In this document: piece after piece, positions 16,544-26,110 of the stretch | Position numbering within the stretch: the stretch's first letter is position 1 | Layout of the letters: every line of letters begins with the position of its first letter | DNA from: Klebsiella pneumoniae | Lineage (GTDB): Bacteria; Myxococcota_A; UBA796; SXON01 | Direction of reading: 5' to 3' | Assembly: GCA_945867435.1 (NCBI GenBank) | Contig: CAMBIK010000003.1 | Location: 1-48,253, forward strand | Length of the DNA stretch: 48,253 nucleotides | Translations under genes and position numbers: made by a program | The notes under the pieces: generated by a model | The model's input: the letters and a program-made list of their open reading frames with translations, nothing else | Databases searched by the model: none | What the model was told of the DNA's origin: nothing

Positions 16544-18052
16544 TCAGCCTGAAGTCGCTGCCCCCGCCCTCGCGATTTCCACCGGCGAGGCACCCAGCGC
16601 GACCAAGGCCGACACCAGGTCTCCGTGCAGGGGTGCCACGGCCCCCCCCGCCCGCTCGATGTGAACGAACGGCCGCACCAGACCGGCCTTCTCCGCGAAG
16701 AACCGTGCCGTCTTGGGGTCTCTGCCGGCCACGGCGTGCCCCTTTCGCGCAAAGGCAGCCAGCGCTGGCACCAACGCCCCGCTCAGCTCCATCCGGATGA
16801 GTGAATGTGAGGCCACTGTGGCGATGCGCTTGAAGCGAGCGCCCGGCACTTCCCCCACCACCGGCGTCTCGCCCAGAAACAGCGCGAGCACGCGTTCCGG
16901 CCGGCCGACTGCGCCCGAAGGTTCGCTCCCCCACGGTCCGCGAGCCTGCCCGCCAGGAACCTTCCACTCTCGCAGCGCAGGGCCGCGCTGCAGCGTCACG
17001 ACTGTCTCGACCTCGGGGGTCTGCGGGAACAAGTCGATCGGCTGGATGCTTTGGACCCGCATGCCGTGTGCGGCCAGGATGTCGAGGTCCCGCGCCAGAG
17101 ACTCGGGGCCACAGGAGACGTACACCATGCGCTTTGCCAGCGCGGCGGCCTTGGCGAGGACGCCGGGGCTGGAGCCGCGGCGTGCCGGGTTGAGCAGGAT
17201 GACATCGAAGGGTTCATCCACCTTCAGGTCCTCCACCCGCCGCGCGATCACCTCCACGTTTCTCGGCGCCATCTCCGCTGCGGAGCGGGCGGCCTGGGCC
17301 ACCTCCTCCACCGCCACCACGCGCTTCCGGCCTGGTGCGAGCATCAACGCGTAGGCGCCGACGCCGCTGTAGAGATCCAGCACGGTCGCCGCATCGCCGA
17401 CCGCCGCGGCCACGAGCTTGTGCAGACGCTCGGCCTGCTTCGGGTCCACCTGAAAGAACGCGCCGGGGTGAATGTGGTAGCGCGTGCTGCCGATGGTCTC
17501 CTCGATGACCTGACGCCCGTAGACGACCTTGGGGGAAGTGCCCATGACGCGCTTCCGGTCGGGGTCGGCCGTGGACAGCGCCACCGAGTCCAACCCTGGG
17601 ATCTGCGCCACCAGGGCCGCGAGCTCCTTCTTTCCACCTCGAAGCTCTCCGCCCGTGACGGCCAAAACAAGCTGGAAGGCACCGGAGTCGGAAGAGCGGC
17701 GCAGGTCCACGCTGTGGACATCCCGCTTCCCGACGAGCCACGTTCGCACCACCGCGAGCGCGGCGCGCAGCCTCGGCTCCAGGACGACACATTCGGGTGT
17801 ATCAACAATGTGTCGCCGCTCCTGGTCGTACAGCCCGATGGCCACGCCCCCATCGGCGACCTCCACCGGCAGCTTCAGGCGGTGCCGGTAGCCCTCGGTG
17901 GTGGCCGAGCCGATCACGGCGGGCACCGCGGGAAGGTGGGGATACCTGGCGAATACCGCCGACAACCGTGCATGCTTCCGCAGGAGTTGATCGGGGTAGC
18001 TGACCTCCGCGAGGGGGCATCCGGGACACTGAGGCCGATAGGAACACTGCAT
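16544..18052 (-). CDS. rlmD: RlmD/TrmA-family RNA m5U methyltransferase with a C-terminal degenerate RluA-like extension
   Basis: Cx5Cx2C Fe-S motif, YR.R, FFQV, DLYSGVG, YVSC.P.SLARD, DLFPQT..VE; no TRAM domain; about 145-aa extra tail. Confidence 0.85.
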   Translation of the reverse strand: MQCSYRPQCPGCPLAEVSYPDQLLRKHARLSAVFARYPHLPAVPAVIGSATTEGYRHRLKLPVEVADGGVAIGLYDQERRHIVDTPECVVLEPRLRAALAVVRTWLVGKRDVHSVDLRRSSDSGAFQLVLAVTGGELRGGKKELAALVAQIPGLDSVALSTADPDRKRVMGTSPKVVYGRQVIEETIGSTRYHIHPGAFFQVDPKQAERLHKLVAAAVGDAATVLDLYSGVGAYALMLAPGRKRVVAVEEVAQAARSAAEMAPRNVEVIARRVEDLKVDEPFDVILLNPARRGSSPGVLAKAAALAKRMVYVSCGPESLARDLDILAAHGMRVQSIQPIDLFPQTPEVETVVTLQRGPALREWKVPGGQARGPWGSEPSGAVGRPERVLALFLGETPVVGEVPGARFKRIATVASHSLIRMELSGALVPALAAFARKGHAVAGRDPKTARFFAEKAGLVRPFVHIERAGGAVAPLHGDLVSALVALGASPVEIARAGAATSG

Positions 18053-18116
18053 TGCCGCCCCCGTAGCCGATGGGCTACGATTCCCCAACCGAATGATGCG
18101 TACCCCTGTCGTCCCG

Positions 18117-19973
18117 ATGAGCCTCCAAGAGCAGGCGGATGCGCTGCCCACCACCCCCGGCGTGTACCTGTTCAAGGATGAAGGCGGCGGCGTGCTCTAT
18201 GTGGGCAAGGCCGGCAACCTGCGCAGCCGGGTGCGACAATACCTGAGCGGGAACGACGAGCGCTTCATGGTGCGCTTCCTCGTCGCCGCGGCGAGGCGGG
18301 TCGATGTCGTTCCGGTTGGCAGCGAGAAGGAGTCTTTGCTTCTTGAGAACTCGCTGATCAAACAGCACAGGCCGCGCTACAACGTGCAGCTGCGGGACGA
18401 CAAGCAGTTCCTCCGCATCCGGCTCGACCCGACCCAAGCCTGGCCGCGGCTCACCACCAGTCGCAAGCCGCGGCCCGACGGCGCGAAGTACTTCGGACCG
18501 TACCCTTCGGCCACGGGCGCTCGGCACGCCCTGGCCTTCATCCAGCGCCACTTTGCCCTGCGCACTTGCTCGGATGCCGTGCTCAACAGCCGCATGCGGC
18601 CCTGCCTGCTTTACCAGATGAAGCGATGTGTTGCCCCATGTGTCGGTCTCGTCAGCGAACCCGACTACGCCGAGCTCGTGGAGGACGCCGCGCTCGCGCT
18701 GGCGGGCCGGGACCGGGAGCTGCTGCCAAGGCTACAGCTGCGGATGGAGGCGCTCTCCGACTCGGAGAATTTCGAGGGTGCCGCGCGCATTCGTGACGCA
18801 ATCCACGCGATTTCCACGGCCACCCAGCGGCAGGTGGTGGCCGACGCACGCGGTGACACACGCGACACATGGGGGCTGTATCGCGAAGCCGACCGGGGCG
18901 TCATGGCGTGCCTGCCCACCCGCGAAGGCCAGGTTCTTGAGCCCTTCGTGTTCCCGTTCGAGGGTGAGGTCGGGGATGACGGGGAGCTGCTTTCCGGGGT
19001 GCTCAACGCCTGGTACGACGGCGACCGCGACATCCCCAAAGAGGTTCTAGTGCCGCAGGTTCTTGCCGACGCCGACGCGCTCTCCGAGGTGCTGCGGGAT
19101 CGCAAGGGGTCCAAGGTGCGCCTCACCGCACCCCAGCGGGGGGATGGGGCGAAGCTGCTGGTCATCGCCGCTGCGACGGCGCGTACCCGGTTCCTCACGA
19201 CCCACTCGGCTGTCGAGCGCAGCGCCCGGGCGCTCACGGGGCTGGCCGAGCTGCTCGGTCTGGACGGCCCGCCCTGGCGAATCGAGTGCTTCGACAACAG
19301 CAATCTTCTTGGGGATGACCCGGTGGCCAGCCAGGTGGTGTTTGTGGATGGCCGGCCGGCCAAGGCGGAGTATCGCCGGTACCATGTCAAGACGGTCGTG
19401 GGTGCCGACGACTACGCGACCATGCGCGAGATCCTGGGCCGCAGGCTGCGCCGCGCGGCGGAGGAGGGCGAGTTTCCCGATTTGCTCGTGGTGGATGGCG
19501 GCCGCGGCCAGCTTTCGGCCGCCCAGCAGGTGCTCCGCGAGCTTGGCTTCGAAGATCAGCCGGTCATCGGCCTTTCCAAGCCGCGCACGGAGCGCGCTCG
19601 CGGGGACCGGGAGGCCACCGACAAGATCGTGGTGCCGGGCCGGGATGAGCCCATCCTGCTCCGCGCGGACGACCCCGCGCTGCGCCTTTTGCAGCAGATC
19701 CGCGACGAGGCCCACCGCTTTGCGATCGGCTTTCATCGTCAGGAACGCTCGAAGACTCGGCTCACCAGCGTGCTCGACGACGTGCCGGGAATCGGCCGGC
19801 AACGTCGAATCAAGCTGCTCCGGCACTTTGGGTCGCTGTCGGCCCTGCGCGCCGCCGCGGAGGCGGAGATCGCGGCGGTGCCCGGCTTCGGACCTACTCA
19901 GGCCGCGCGGCTGTTCGCGGTGTTGCATCCGCCGGCAGGTATCGGTGGCCGGCCGGTCGCGGATGGTGCATGA
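18117..19973 (+). CDS. uvrC: Excinuclease ABC subunit C
   Basis: GIY-YIG (PGVY...YVGKA.NLR.RV), Cys cluster, RIECFDNS, DDY, VDGGRGQL, RDEAHRFA, HhH. Alternative ATG at 18093. Confidence 0.97.
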   Translation: MSLQEQADALPTTPGVYLFKDEGGGVLYVGKAGNLRSRVRQYLSGNDERFMVRFLVAAARRVDVVPVGSEKESLLLENSLIKQHRPRYNVQLRDDKQFLRIRLDPTQAWPRLTTSRKPRPDGAKYFGPYPSATGARHALAFIQRHFALRTCSDAVLNSRMRPCLLYQMKRCVAPCVGLVSEPDYAELVEDAALALAGRDRELLPRLQLRMEALSDSENFEGAARIRDAIHAISTATQRQVVADARGDTRDTWGLYREADRGVMACLPTREGQVLEPFVFPFEGEVGDDGELLSGVLNAWYDGDRDIPKEVLVPQVLADADALSEVLRDRKGSKVRLTAPQRGDGAKLLVIAAATARTRFLTTHSAVERSARALTGLAELLGLDGPPWRIECFDNSNLLGDDPVASQVVFVDGRPAKAEYRRYHVKTVVGADDYATMREILGRRLRRAAEEGEFPDLLVVDGGRGQLSAAQQVLRELGFEDQPVIGLSKPRTERARGDREATDKIVVPGRDEPILLRADDPALRLLQQIRDEAHRFAIGFHRQERSKTRLTSVLDDVPGIGRQRRIKLLRHFGSLSALRAAAEAEIAAVPGFGPTQAARLFAVLHPPAGIGGRPVADGA

Positions 19974-20036
19974 TCCCCCCCGTTTATTCCCGCCTTTGGA
20001 GCCCGCAAGGCTGCTGAGCGTCCGGGTGGGCGGATC

Positions 20037-20639
20037 CTACTTCCCGAACACGGTCTGGCAGTCCTCAAGCACCTGCGCCGGATGCACGCCGACCGATACT
20101 GAGTCGTACTCGACCAGAAGCACGCCTTCGGCATCGAGAATTCGGGTGACCCGGCTGGCCCAGGCCGCGGAGGTGTCCGCCGCCGCACCGTAGGTCACGG
20201 CGAGGGTCTTCTCCTCGTCCGTCCACAGCTGGAACGCCATGCCCTCTTCCTCGGCCCACGCCTCGTTTTTGCTGGGCGAGTCGAAGCTGATCCCGACAAT
20301 GGAGACCCCCAGCGCATCGAATTCACTTTGGCGGTCGCGGTACCCGCAACCTTCGGTGGTTCACCCAGAGGTCCCGGCGGCTGGGTAGAACCAGATGACG
20401 GTGGGGTGGCCGATGAGGTCGGGGCGGCTGCGTGCGCTCCCGTCCCGGTTCGTGGCGACAAACTCAGGGGCCGGCGTGCGCTCGGTGGCCCACTCTCCGT
20501 TCAGGTTGGTCGCGGTGTCCACCTCGGTGCCCTCGGCTGTGTCGGACGAATCCGCGAGAGGGCCGGAGTCAGCGGCGGAGTCAGAGGCGGTGTCAGGGGC
20601 TTCAGTGAAGGCGCACGACGCGAGCAACAGGAGGGTCAT
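20037..20639 (-). CDS. Selenocysteine-containing BCP/PrxQ peroxiredoxin, lipoprotein (200 aa, UGA at 20361-20363)
   Basis: The track ORFs 20361-20639 and 20037-20240 share a frame. Reading through TGA gives WFYPAAGTSG-U-TTEGC...IVGISFD...LWTD...RVTRILD, matching BCP YFYPKxxTPGCTxEAC. A SECIS follows. Confidence 0.92.
20333..20351 (-). promoter_or_regulatory. Bacterial SECIS element
   Basis: 9 nt after UGA: GGUUGCG-GGUAC-CGCGACC stem-loop with GU in the apical loop, resembling E. coli fdhF GGUUGCAGGUCUGCACC. Confidence 0.82.
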
Positions 20640-20688
20640 TCGGAGCCACTAACCGACCGCCAGCCCAGCCTTGGGGTAGCTTGGGCCG

Positions 20689-23600
20689 ATGCACGAGGTC
20701 CGCCCCTCCAAACTCTGCCTGTGGACCCTGATCTTCGCGGTCTCTTGCGGCGACTCCCTGCCCACCTCTCCAGATCCGGTTGGGGCGGATTCTGCCGACC
20801 CATCCCCCCAGGGCGCGATTCGCATCAACGAAGTCATGACGAAGAACACCGGAAGTTCGGAAGATGGGGCCGGCGATGCCAGCGACTGGATCGAACTTTA
20901 CAACGCGGGTGAAACGGCCGTGGACCTCGCGGGGTGGAGGCTGAGCGCGGGCGGCGAGGAGGCCACGGCCCTCGTATTAGAAAATACCAAGCTGTTGCCT
21001 GGAAACTTCGTGCTTATTTGGGCCTCAGGGAAAGGCGTGGACGGGGCGGCCGGGGAGCTCCACGCAGCGTTCAAGTTGGCCAGCGCCGGGGTCACGGTCG
21101 TGCTTCACTCGCCCGACGGGGAGGAGGCCGATCGCCTGGTGGTTCCTGCCTTGGACGACGACGTGAGCTACGGGCTGGACGAGCCGGTCACCGAGGCGAC
21201 GCTCCTGGCCGCCGGTTCGACTGGCACGTTGATGGACGCCCCAACGGGGGACTGGACCGCCCCGAGCTTCGACGATGCCGCGTGGCATCCCATCATCCTG
21301 CCTGTGGGCTTCGATGGGAGCGTCACGGGCGGGGAACCTGCAGAACGCGCGCTTGAGCGGCCCACGACGCAGTCCAGCGACTACCCCGGGTTTACCGGTG
21401 CCGAGGCCGTGGATGGCGACCCGAACACCTTCTCTCACACCGGCACCGGCGACTTCGAACCCTGGTGGCAGGTCGAGCTCGATGCCGACTACGCCATCTC
21501 CCAAGTTCAGCTCGTGAACCGCTACGGTTGCTGCCCTGAACGGCTCTACAACATCGTTGTAAGCGTGCTCGCGGAAGATGGCCGTGCGGTGTGGGCTAGC
21601 GATGTCCAGAACCCGGTGGCCGAGGGTGAGGCCCCCGTGGCACCCGACCAGGTGATCACGCTGCAGGTCCCCGGGGGGCCGATTGGGCGGTCGGTGCGCG
21701 TCGCAAAGACGGCCGTGAACGGTTCGGCCTCCAGCGAGTGGCTCTCGCTCGCCGACGTTACCGTGACCGGCACCCCCGCCGCCCCGTACAGCGACGACAT
21801 CACGACCGACATCGACATGTGGGTGGATTCTGTCATCATCGGCCTCCGAGTTGCATTTGTGATGGTAGCGGAGCGACCGACACGCGCTGTCCTCACCCTC
21901 GACTACGACGACGGCTTCCTTGCGAGTGTGGACGGCGCCGAGGTCGCCTCCGGCAACGCAGGTGCCCCGATCGAACACGCCGCGGGTCAACCGGAGCGCT
22001 TCCCGGTCGACCTCCGCTCGCTAACGGCGGGGGCCCATCTGTTCGCGCTCCGTGGGGACAATGTCTCGGCCAACGACGACGACTTCCTGATTGCGCCCAC
22101 CCTGACGGCCCAGTGGTTCACCCCCGGCGACCCGGGCTACTTCACGGTGGCGACGCCCGGCGAACCCAACGGCGAAGCCGGAAAGGGCGCGCTTGCCCCG
22201 CCGACCTTCGATCCGCCCCGAGGCTTCTACAGTTCGGTTCAGGCCCTCACCGTTTCGGCCCCGGCCGGCGCCACTCTGGTGTACACCCTCGATGGCACCC
22301 CACCCACCGACGTCAACGGATCGCGACTCTACCCGGCCTCCCCGGCGGCCGTCGCGACCCTAACGATGGATGTCCCGACCACCGCCATCGTGCGAGCGGT
22401 CGCCCTCCGCGACGGCTGGGACGACAGCCGGATTGCGACGCACACCTACCTTTTTCTGGAAGATGTGCTCGCGCAGTCCTCCCGCCCTGCCGGGTTCCCC
22501 TCGACCTGGGAAAGTCAATCGGAAGGCAGCTACACCGCCGACTACGGGATGGACCCGGAGGTGGCGGAGGACCCGCGGTACCGCGCCGAACTGCTCGAAG
22601 GGCTGCGAGAGATCCCGACGCTCTCCATCGTGACCGGCATCGACGACCTCTTCGGCGCCAACGGCCTGTACGCGAACAGTGCTTCCCGCGGCGATGCCTG
22701 GGAACGTCGGGTTTCGCTGGAGTGGATCGAACCCGATGGTTCGACCGGCTTCGCCGAGGATGCCAAGTTGCAGGTGCACGGCTACGGCTGGCGCTACCAT
22801 TCCTCGACCCTCAAGCACAGCTTCCGCATCCAGTTCCAGGCGGAGTACGGGGCGTCGAAGCTGGAATGGCCGATGTTCGCAGACGCCCCCGTTGACCGCT
22901 TCGACAGCATCGTTCTCCGGGCGGGGGGCTCCAAGACCTGGCTTGACTTCCGTGACCCGGCCCAGGCGCAGTACCTCCACGATGCCTTCGCTCGCGACAC
23001 GGCGCGTGACATGGGCAAGGTGGACGGTCACGCCACCTACGTTCACCTGTACCTGAACGGTCTGTACTGGGGCCTTTACATGCCGGTCGAGCGTCCAGAC
23101 GCTGGCTTTGCTGAGGAGTATTTTGGTGGGGACGAGGCGAACTACGACGCCATCAATCGGCGGACCACCACCACGGAGGCCATCGATGGCGACCTGGAGG
23201 CCTACAACACGATGATCGCCCTCGCCGATGGCGACATGACCACCGCCGAAGGTTTGGCGGCGTTGGAAGCCTATCTCGACGTAGACGACCTGATCGACTG
23301 GATGCTCATCCACCAGTACACCACCAACCGCGACGGTCCTTGCTGCTTCGAAGGCAACAACCAACGAGGGATTCGCAAGCGAGAAGTCGGCGCGCAATAT
23401 CAGTTCTTCGTCTGGGACATGGAGTATTCGCTGTGGGAGGCGAGCGACGCCACCAACGTGGATGTGAACGTGGCGGGGCACGCGTCGCACGCCTACCGAC
23501 AGCTTTGGGACAACGCCGAGTTTCGCGAGCGATACTCCGCTCGAGCCCATGTGTTGCTCACCGGTGCTGGTGCGCTGACTCCGGATGCCGCTTCCGCACG

Positions 23601-23799
23601 CTACGAAGCGCGTGCCGACGAGATCTACGCCGCGCTCCTCGCAGAATCGGCGCGATGGGGTGATACATATCGGGCTGTTCCCTACACCCGCGATGTGGAG
23701 TGGCTGGAGGAATACAATCGGTTGCAGGATGAGTATTTCCCCTATCGCACCGACTTTTTGATCGAGCAGCTGCGCGCGGTGGGGCTTTACGACGAGTGA
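20689..23799 (+). CDS. CotH kinase family lipoprotein with lamin-tail, fucolectin/F5-8-like and Fn3-associated domains
   Basis: AVS-C lipobox; INEV...DWIELYN (LTD); AVDG...SHT...PWWQVEL...NR..CC.ERL (FTP lectin); YTLDG.PP; K.SFR, LYLNG.YWGLY..VE, N.D, WDME (CotH). Confidence 0.92.
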   Translation: MHEVRPSKLCLWTLIFAVSCGDSLPTSPDPVGADSADPSPQGAIRINEVMTKNTGSSEDGAGDASDWIELYNAGETAVDLAGWRLSAGGEEATALVLENTKLLPGNFVLIWASGKGVDGAAGELHAAFKLASAGVTVVLHSPDGEEADRLVVPALDDDVSYGLDEPVTEATLLAAGSTGTLMDAPTGDWTAPSFDDAAWHPIILPVGFDGSVTGGEPAERALERPTTQSSDYPGFTGAEAVDGDPNTFSHTGTGDFEPWWQVELDADYAISQVQLVNRYGCCPERLYNIVVSVLAEDGRAVWASDVQNPVAEGEAPVAPDQVITLQVPGGPIGRSVRVAKTAVNGSASSEWLSLADVTVTGTPAAPYSDDITTDIDMWVDSVIIGLRVAFVMVAERPTRAVLTLDYDDGFLASVDGAEVASGNAGAPIEHAAGQPERFPVDLRSLTAGAHLFALRGDNVSANDDDFLIAPTLTAQWFTPGDPGYFTVATPGEPNGEAGKGALAPPTFDPPRGFYSSVQALTVSAPAGATLVYTLDGTPPTDVNGSRLYPASPAAVATLTMDVPTTAIVRAVALRDGWDDSRIATHTYLFLEDVLAQSSRPAGFPSTWESQSEGSYTADYGMDPEVAEDPRYRAELLEGLREIPTLSIVTGIDDLFGANGLYANSASRGDAWERRVSLEWIEPDGSTGFAEDAKLQVHGYGWRYHSSTLKHSFRIQFQAEYGASKLEWPMFADAPVDRFDSIVLRAGGSKTWLDFRDPAQAQYLHDAFARDTARDMGKVDGHATYVHLYLNGLYWGLYMPVERPDAGFAEEYFGGDEANYDAINRRTTTTEAIDGDLEAYNTMIALADGDMTTAEGLAALEAYLDVDDLIDWMLIHQYTTNRDGPCCFEGNNQRGIRKREVGAQYQFFVWDMEYSLWEASDATNVDVNVAGHASHAYRQLWDNAEFRERYSARAHVLLTGAGALTPDAASARYEARADEIYAALLAESARWGDTYRAVPYTRDVEWLEEYNRLQDEYFPYRTDFLIEQLRAVGLYDE

Positions 23800-23819
23800 C
23801 CGTTCCGATAGTTGCTTCT

Positions 23820-24398
23820 ATGCGCCTTCCGTTCGTCGCCGCCCCCCTGCTCGCGGCGGTTTCGTGTCGCTGCGGTGAGGATGACCGTTCCCCCCCCGCC
23901 GGAGAGGAAGGCCCTGCGCCCGCCGCGCTCCGGTTTCCCTGGACGCCCCCCCCCGCCAATTGCGCCGACCTCGAAGCTTGGGCCGCCGTACTCGGCCGCG
24001 CCGCTCCCGATGTGACTACTCGTTCGCCGGCATGCAACGACGACGCCGACCCGCTGATGTGCACCACCGACATCCGGATGACCTTTACGGGCGGGGCGTG
24101 GATGACCGTGCATCGCGGCTACGAGTGGGGGTCGGAGACCCTGCACTTCCCCGGCGTTCGACGGGACGAGGTCTGGGCGGCGGCGAGGAACTGTTTCGGT
24201 AGCCAGCCCGACCTTCGCACGCTTGGGTTGCCGTCGCTTCCGGGAGTGGTCCCCACGCTGACCGCCGATATGGGTGCCGTGACCGCGATGGTCGAGGGGG
24301 GGCGGTTCGGCTGGGAGTGGGGCGATGGCTGCCACGGGTACGTTTACGTGGTTGAGGTGGGGGCCGACACCGAGGTGGTGTCGGGCGGAGGCTGTTGA
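23820..24398 (+). CDS. Hypothetical Cys-rich lipoprotein
   Basis: MRLPFVAAPLLAAVS-C; alternative GTG at 23796 overlaps the CotH stop. Confidence 0.72.
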   Translation: MRLPFVAAPLLAAVSCRCGEDDRSPPAGEEGPAPAALRFPWTPPPANCADLEAWAAVLGRAAPDVTTRSPACNDDADPLMCTTDIRMTFTGGAWMTVHRGYEWGSETLHFPGVRRDEVWAAARNCFGSQPDLRTLGLPSLPGVVPTLTADMGAVTAMVEGGRFGWEWGDGCHGYVYVVEVGADTEVVSGGGC

Positions 24399-24439
24399 CC
24401 GGCCCGGGCCACTGTCGCGGGCTAAAGCTCCGTGCTTCA

Positions 24440-26110
24440 ATGCTGTCGTATTTCGCTATTTTGACGCTCGGAACCGCACGCGCTCAGGAGCTGGTCGCTC
24501 CCTTCGCCGCCCCCGAGGCCGATCCCGTCGCCGACCTCTCCGCCCTTCATCCCCAGCTCGCCGAGGCGTTGCTGCGGCACACGGACGAGGCCACCGCACC
24601 GGCGGTGGCTGCGCTACTCCTGGCCGCAGACACCCGTTTGCGAGCGTTGGTGCTGCCCGCCACGCCTGCCGGTCCCTTCCCCGACCGCGAAGGGGAAGAC
24701 ATCCGCGTGGACCTTCGCCGTGCCGACTTTCGCCTTGAAGGCACCCACCTCGTGGGCACGGCCGAAGGGGTCGGCGTCGCCGAGAACGGCGTTTGGCTCG
24801 ATCTCGATGTGTCGGGCGGCCCGGCGGCGGACCTGCGGCTGGGGTTTGGCCGGGGATGGTCCCGCGAGGCCACGCTCGATGGGGGGGCGCCTTCGCCGTT
24901 TCTGCCCCGCGACGTGCTTCCCGAGCTGGGGCCCGAGTGGATCTCAGTGAGCCTCGATCTTTCGGGAAGCGCCCGTTTCGACCCCGGTCACGCCGGCTCG
25001 GTGGTGGCGTCGGTGAAGTCGTTCGATGGCACGGTCGTCGATGTCGGCCCCGGGGGTTTCCTTGGGCCGCCGCCGGAAGATGCGCTGGACGTTTTGGCGG
25101 CGATCGTTGCCGCCGGGCCCGTGCAGGATGCCGACCTGGCCGTGGCCCTCGCCGTGACGTTTGGCACCGTTCGGGCCAAGGTGGCCGACGATGTGGTGGC
25201 GCTCGTCGATGCCGACGCGGTCGCGTGGCTGGCGTACGGGCAGGGGCTTGATGCGTGGTTGGAGGCTGCGAAGGTGGACTGGCGCTTCTCCGACCGCGAC
25301 GCCTTGGGGAAGCTGGTGTGGGCCTGGCCTGCCGGTCAAACCGTGGCGTATGGAAGCTTCGCGATGGTGAATGAGCCGGCCCCGCTCACGGCGGCCCGCT
25401 ACCGCTTCCTGGTGCCAGGGGTGGCCGAGCTGACCGCCCTTCGCGACCGGGCACCGCTCAACGCCTCCGCCGCGCTCACCGCCGACCAGGTGGATGCCCA
25501 GCTCTGGCGGGGCCTTGCCTACCGGACCAACGACGACTTGATGGCCAGCCTGTGCCGTGCGGGCGCCCTCGATTCCGGCACCTGCAAGGGCTGGGGGGCT
25601 GAGCGCCTACGCGGGGCCGACCTCGGGTCGGTCGATGGGAAGCGCATCGCCCCCTCCGAGGGCGTCAGCGCTTCGCACCAACTGGCGATCTTGGCGGAAC
25701 GCGGCCAGTTCATCGGCGATTGCGCCATGGAGACCAGCCTCGCGATCTGGACCCTTCAGTCGCTCGGCATCCCTGCGATCGGCATGGGGTGGGCCGGCAC
25801 CGACGTGGGCACCCCGACCCATGACGTTCCCCTTTGGCTCGACGGGGACACGTTTCGCGCCACCCAGGCCGGGCCCGGACGCGACTGGGCGGCCGAGAGC
25901 GCCTTTGTGTATGTCACCCTTCCTGGCGTTCATCCCGTGAATGCGTTCACCTTCGGTCGGGAGCCCAATGGCTGGTCGCGGGGCGGTTCCGTGGTCGGCG
26001 GGTGGACCCGGTTCGCGGAGGTGCGGCGCATTCTCGCTACCGGCCTTCCGGCGAGCGTCGTTGGGGATTGGATCGATACGCAGGCGCTAGGCGGCTGGCC
26101 GACATGGTGA
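24440..26110 (+). CDS. Exported protein with a C-terminal transglutaminase-like motif
   Basis: ARA signal; GDC....L....LQSLGIPA...H..P.W.D pattern. Confidence 0.7.
   Translation: MLSYFAILTLGTARAQELVAPFAAPEADPVADLSALHPQLAEALLRHTDEATAPAVAALLLAADTRLRALVLPATPAGPFPDREGEDIRVDLRRADFRLEGTHLVGTAEGVGVAENGVWLDLDVSGGPAADLRLGFGRGWSREATLDGGAPSPFLPRDVLPELGPEWISVSLDLSGSARFDPGHAGSVVASVKSFDGTVVDVGPGGFLGPPPEDALDVLAAIVAAGPVQDADLAVALAVTFGTVRAKVADDVVALVDADAVAWLAYGQGLDAWLEAAKVDWRFSDRDALGKLVWAWPAGQTVAYGSFAMVNEPAPLTAARYRFLVPGVAELTALRDRAPLNASAALTADQVDAQLWRGLAYRTNDDLMASLCRAGALDSGTCKGWGAERLRGADLGSVDGKRIAPSEGVSASHQLAILAERGQFIGDCAMETSLAIWTLQSLGIPAIGMGWAGTDVGTPTHDVPLWLDGDTFRATQAGPGRDWAAESAFVYVTLPGVHPVNAFTFGREPNGWSRGGSVVGGWTRFAEVRRILATGLPASVVGDWIDTQALGGWPTW

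Noticed and set aside
24384-24425. GGGC-TGA as a possible Cys-Sec motif
   Set aside because: Read-through adds only 8 residues, the hairpin loop (CACT) lacks G, and there is no homology support.
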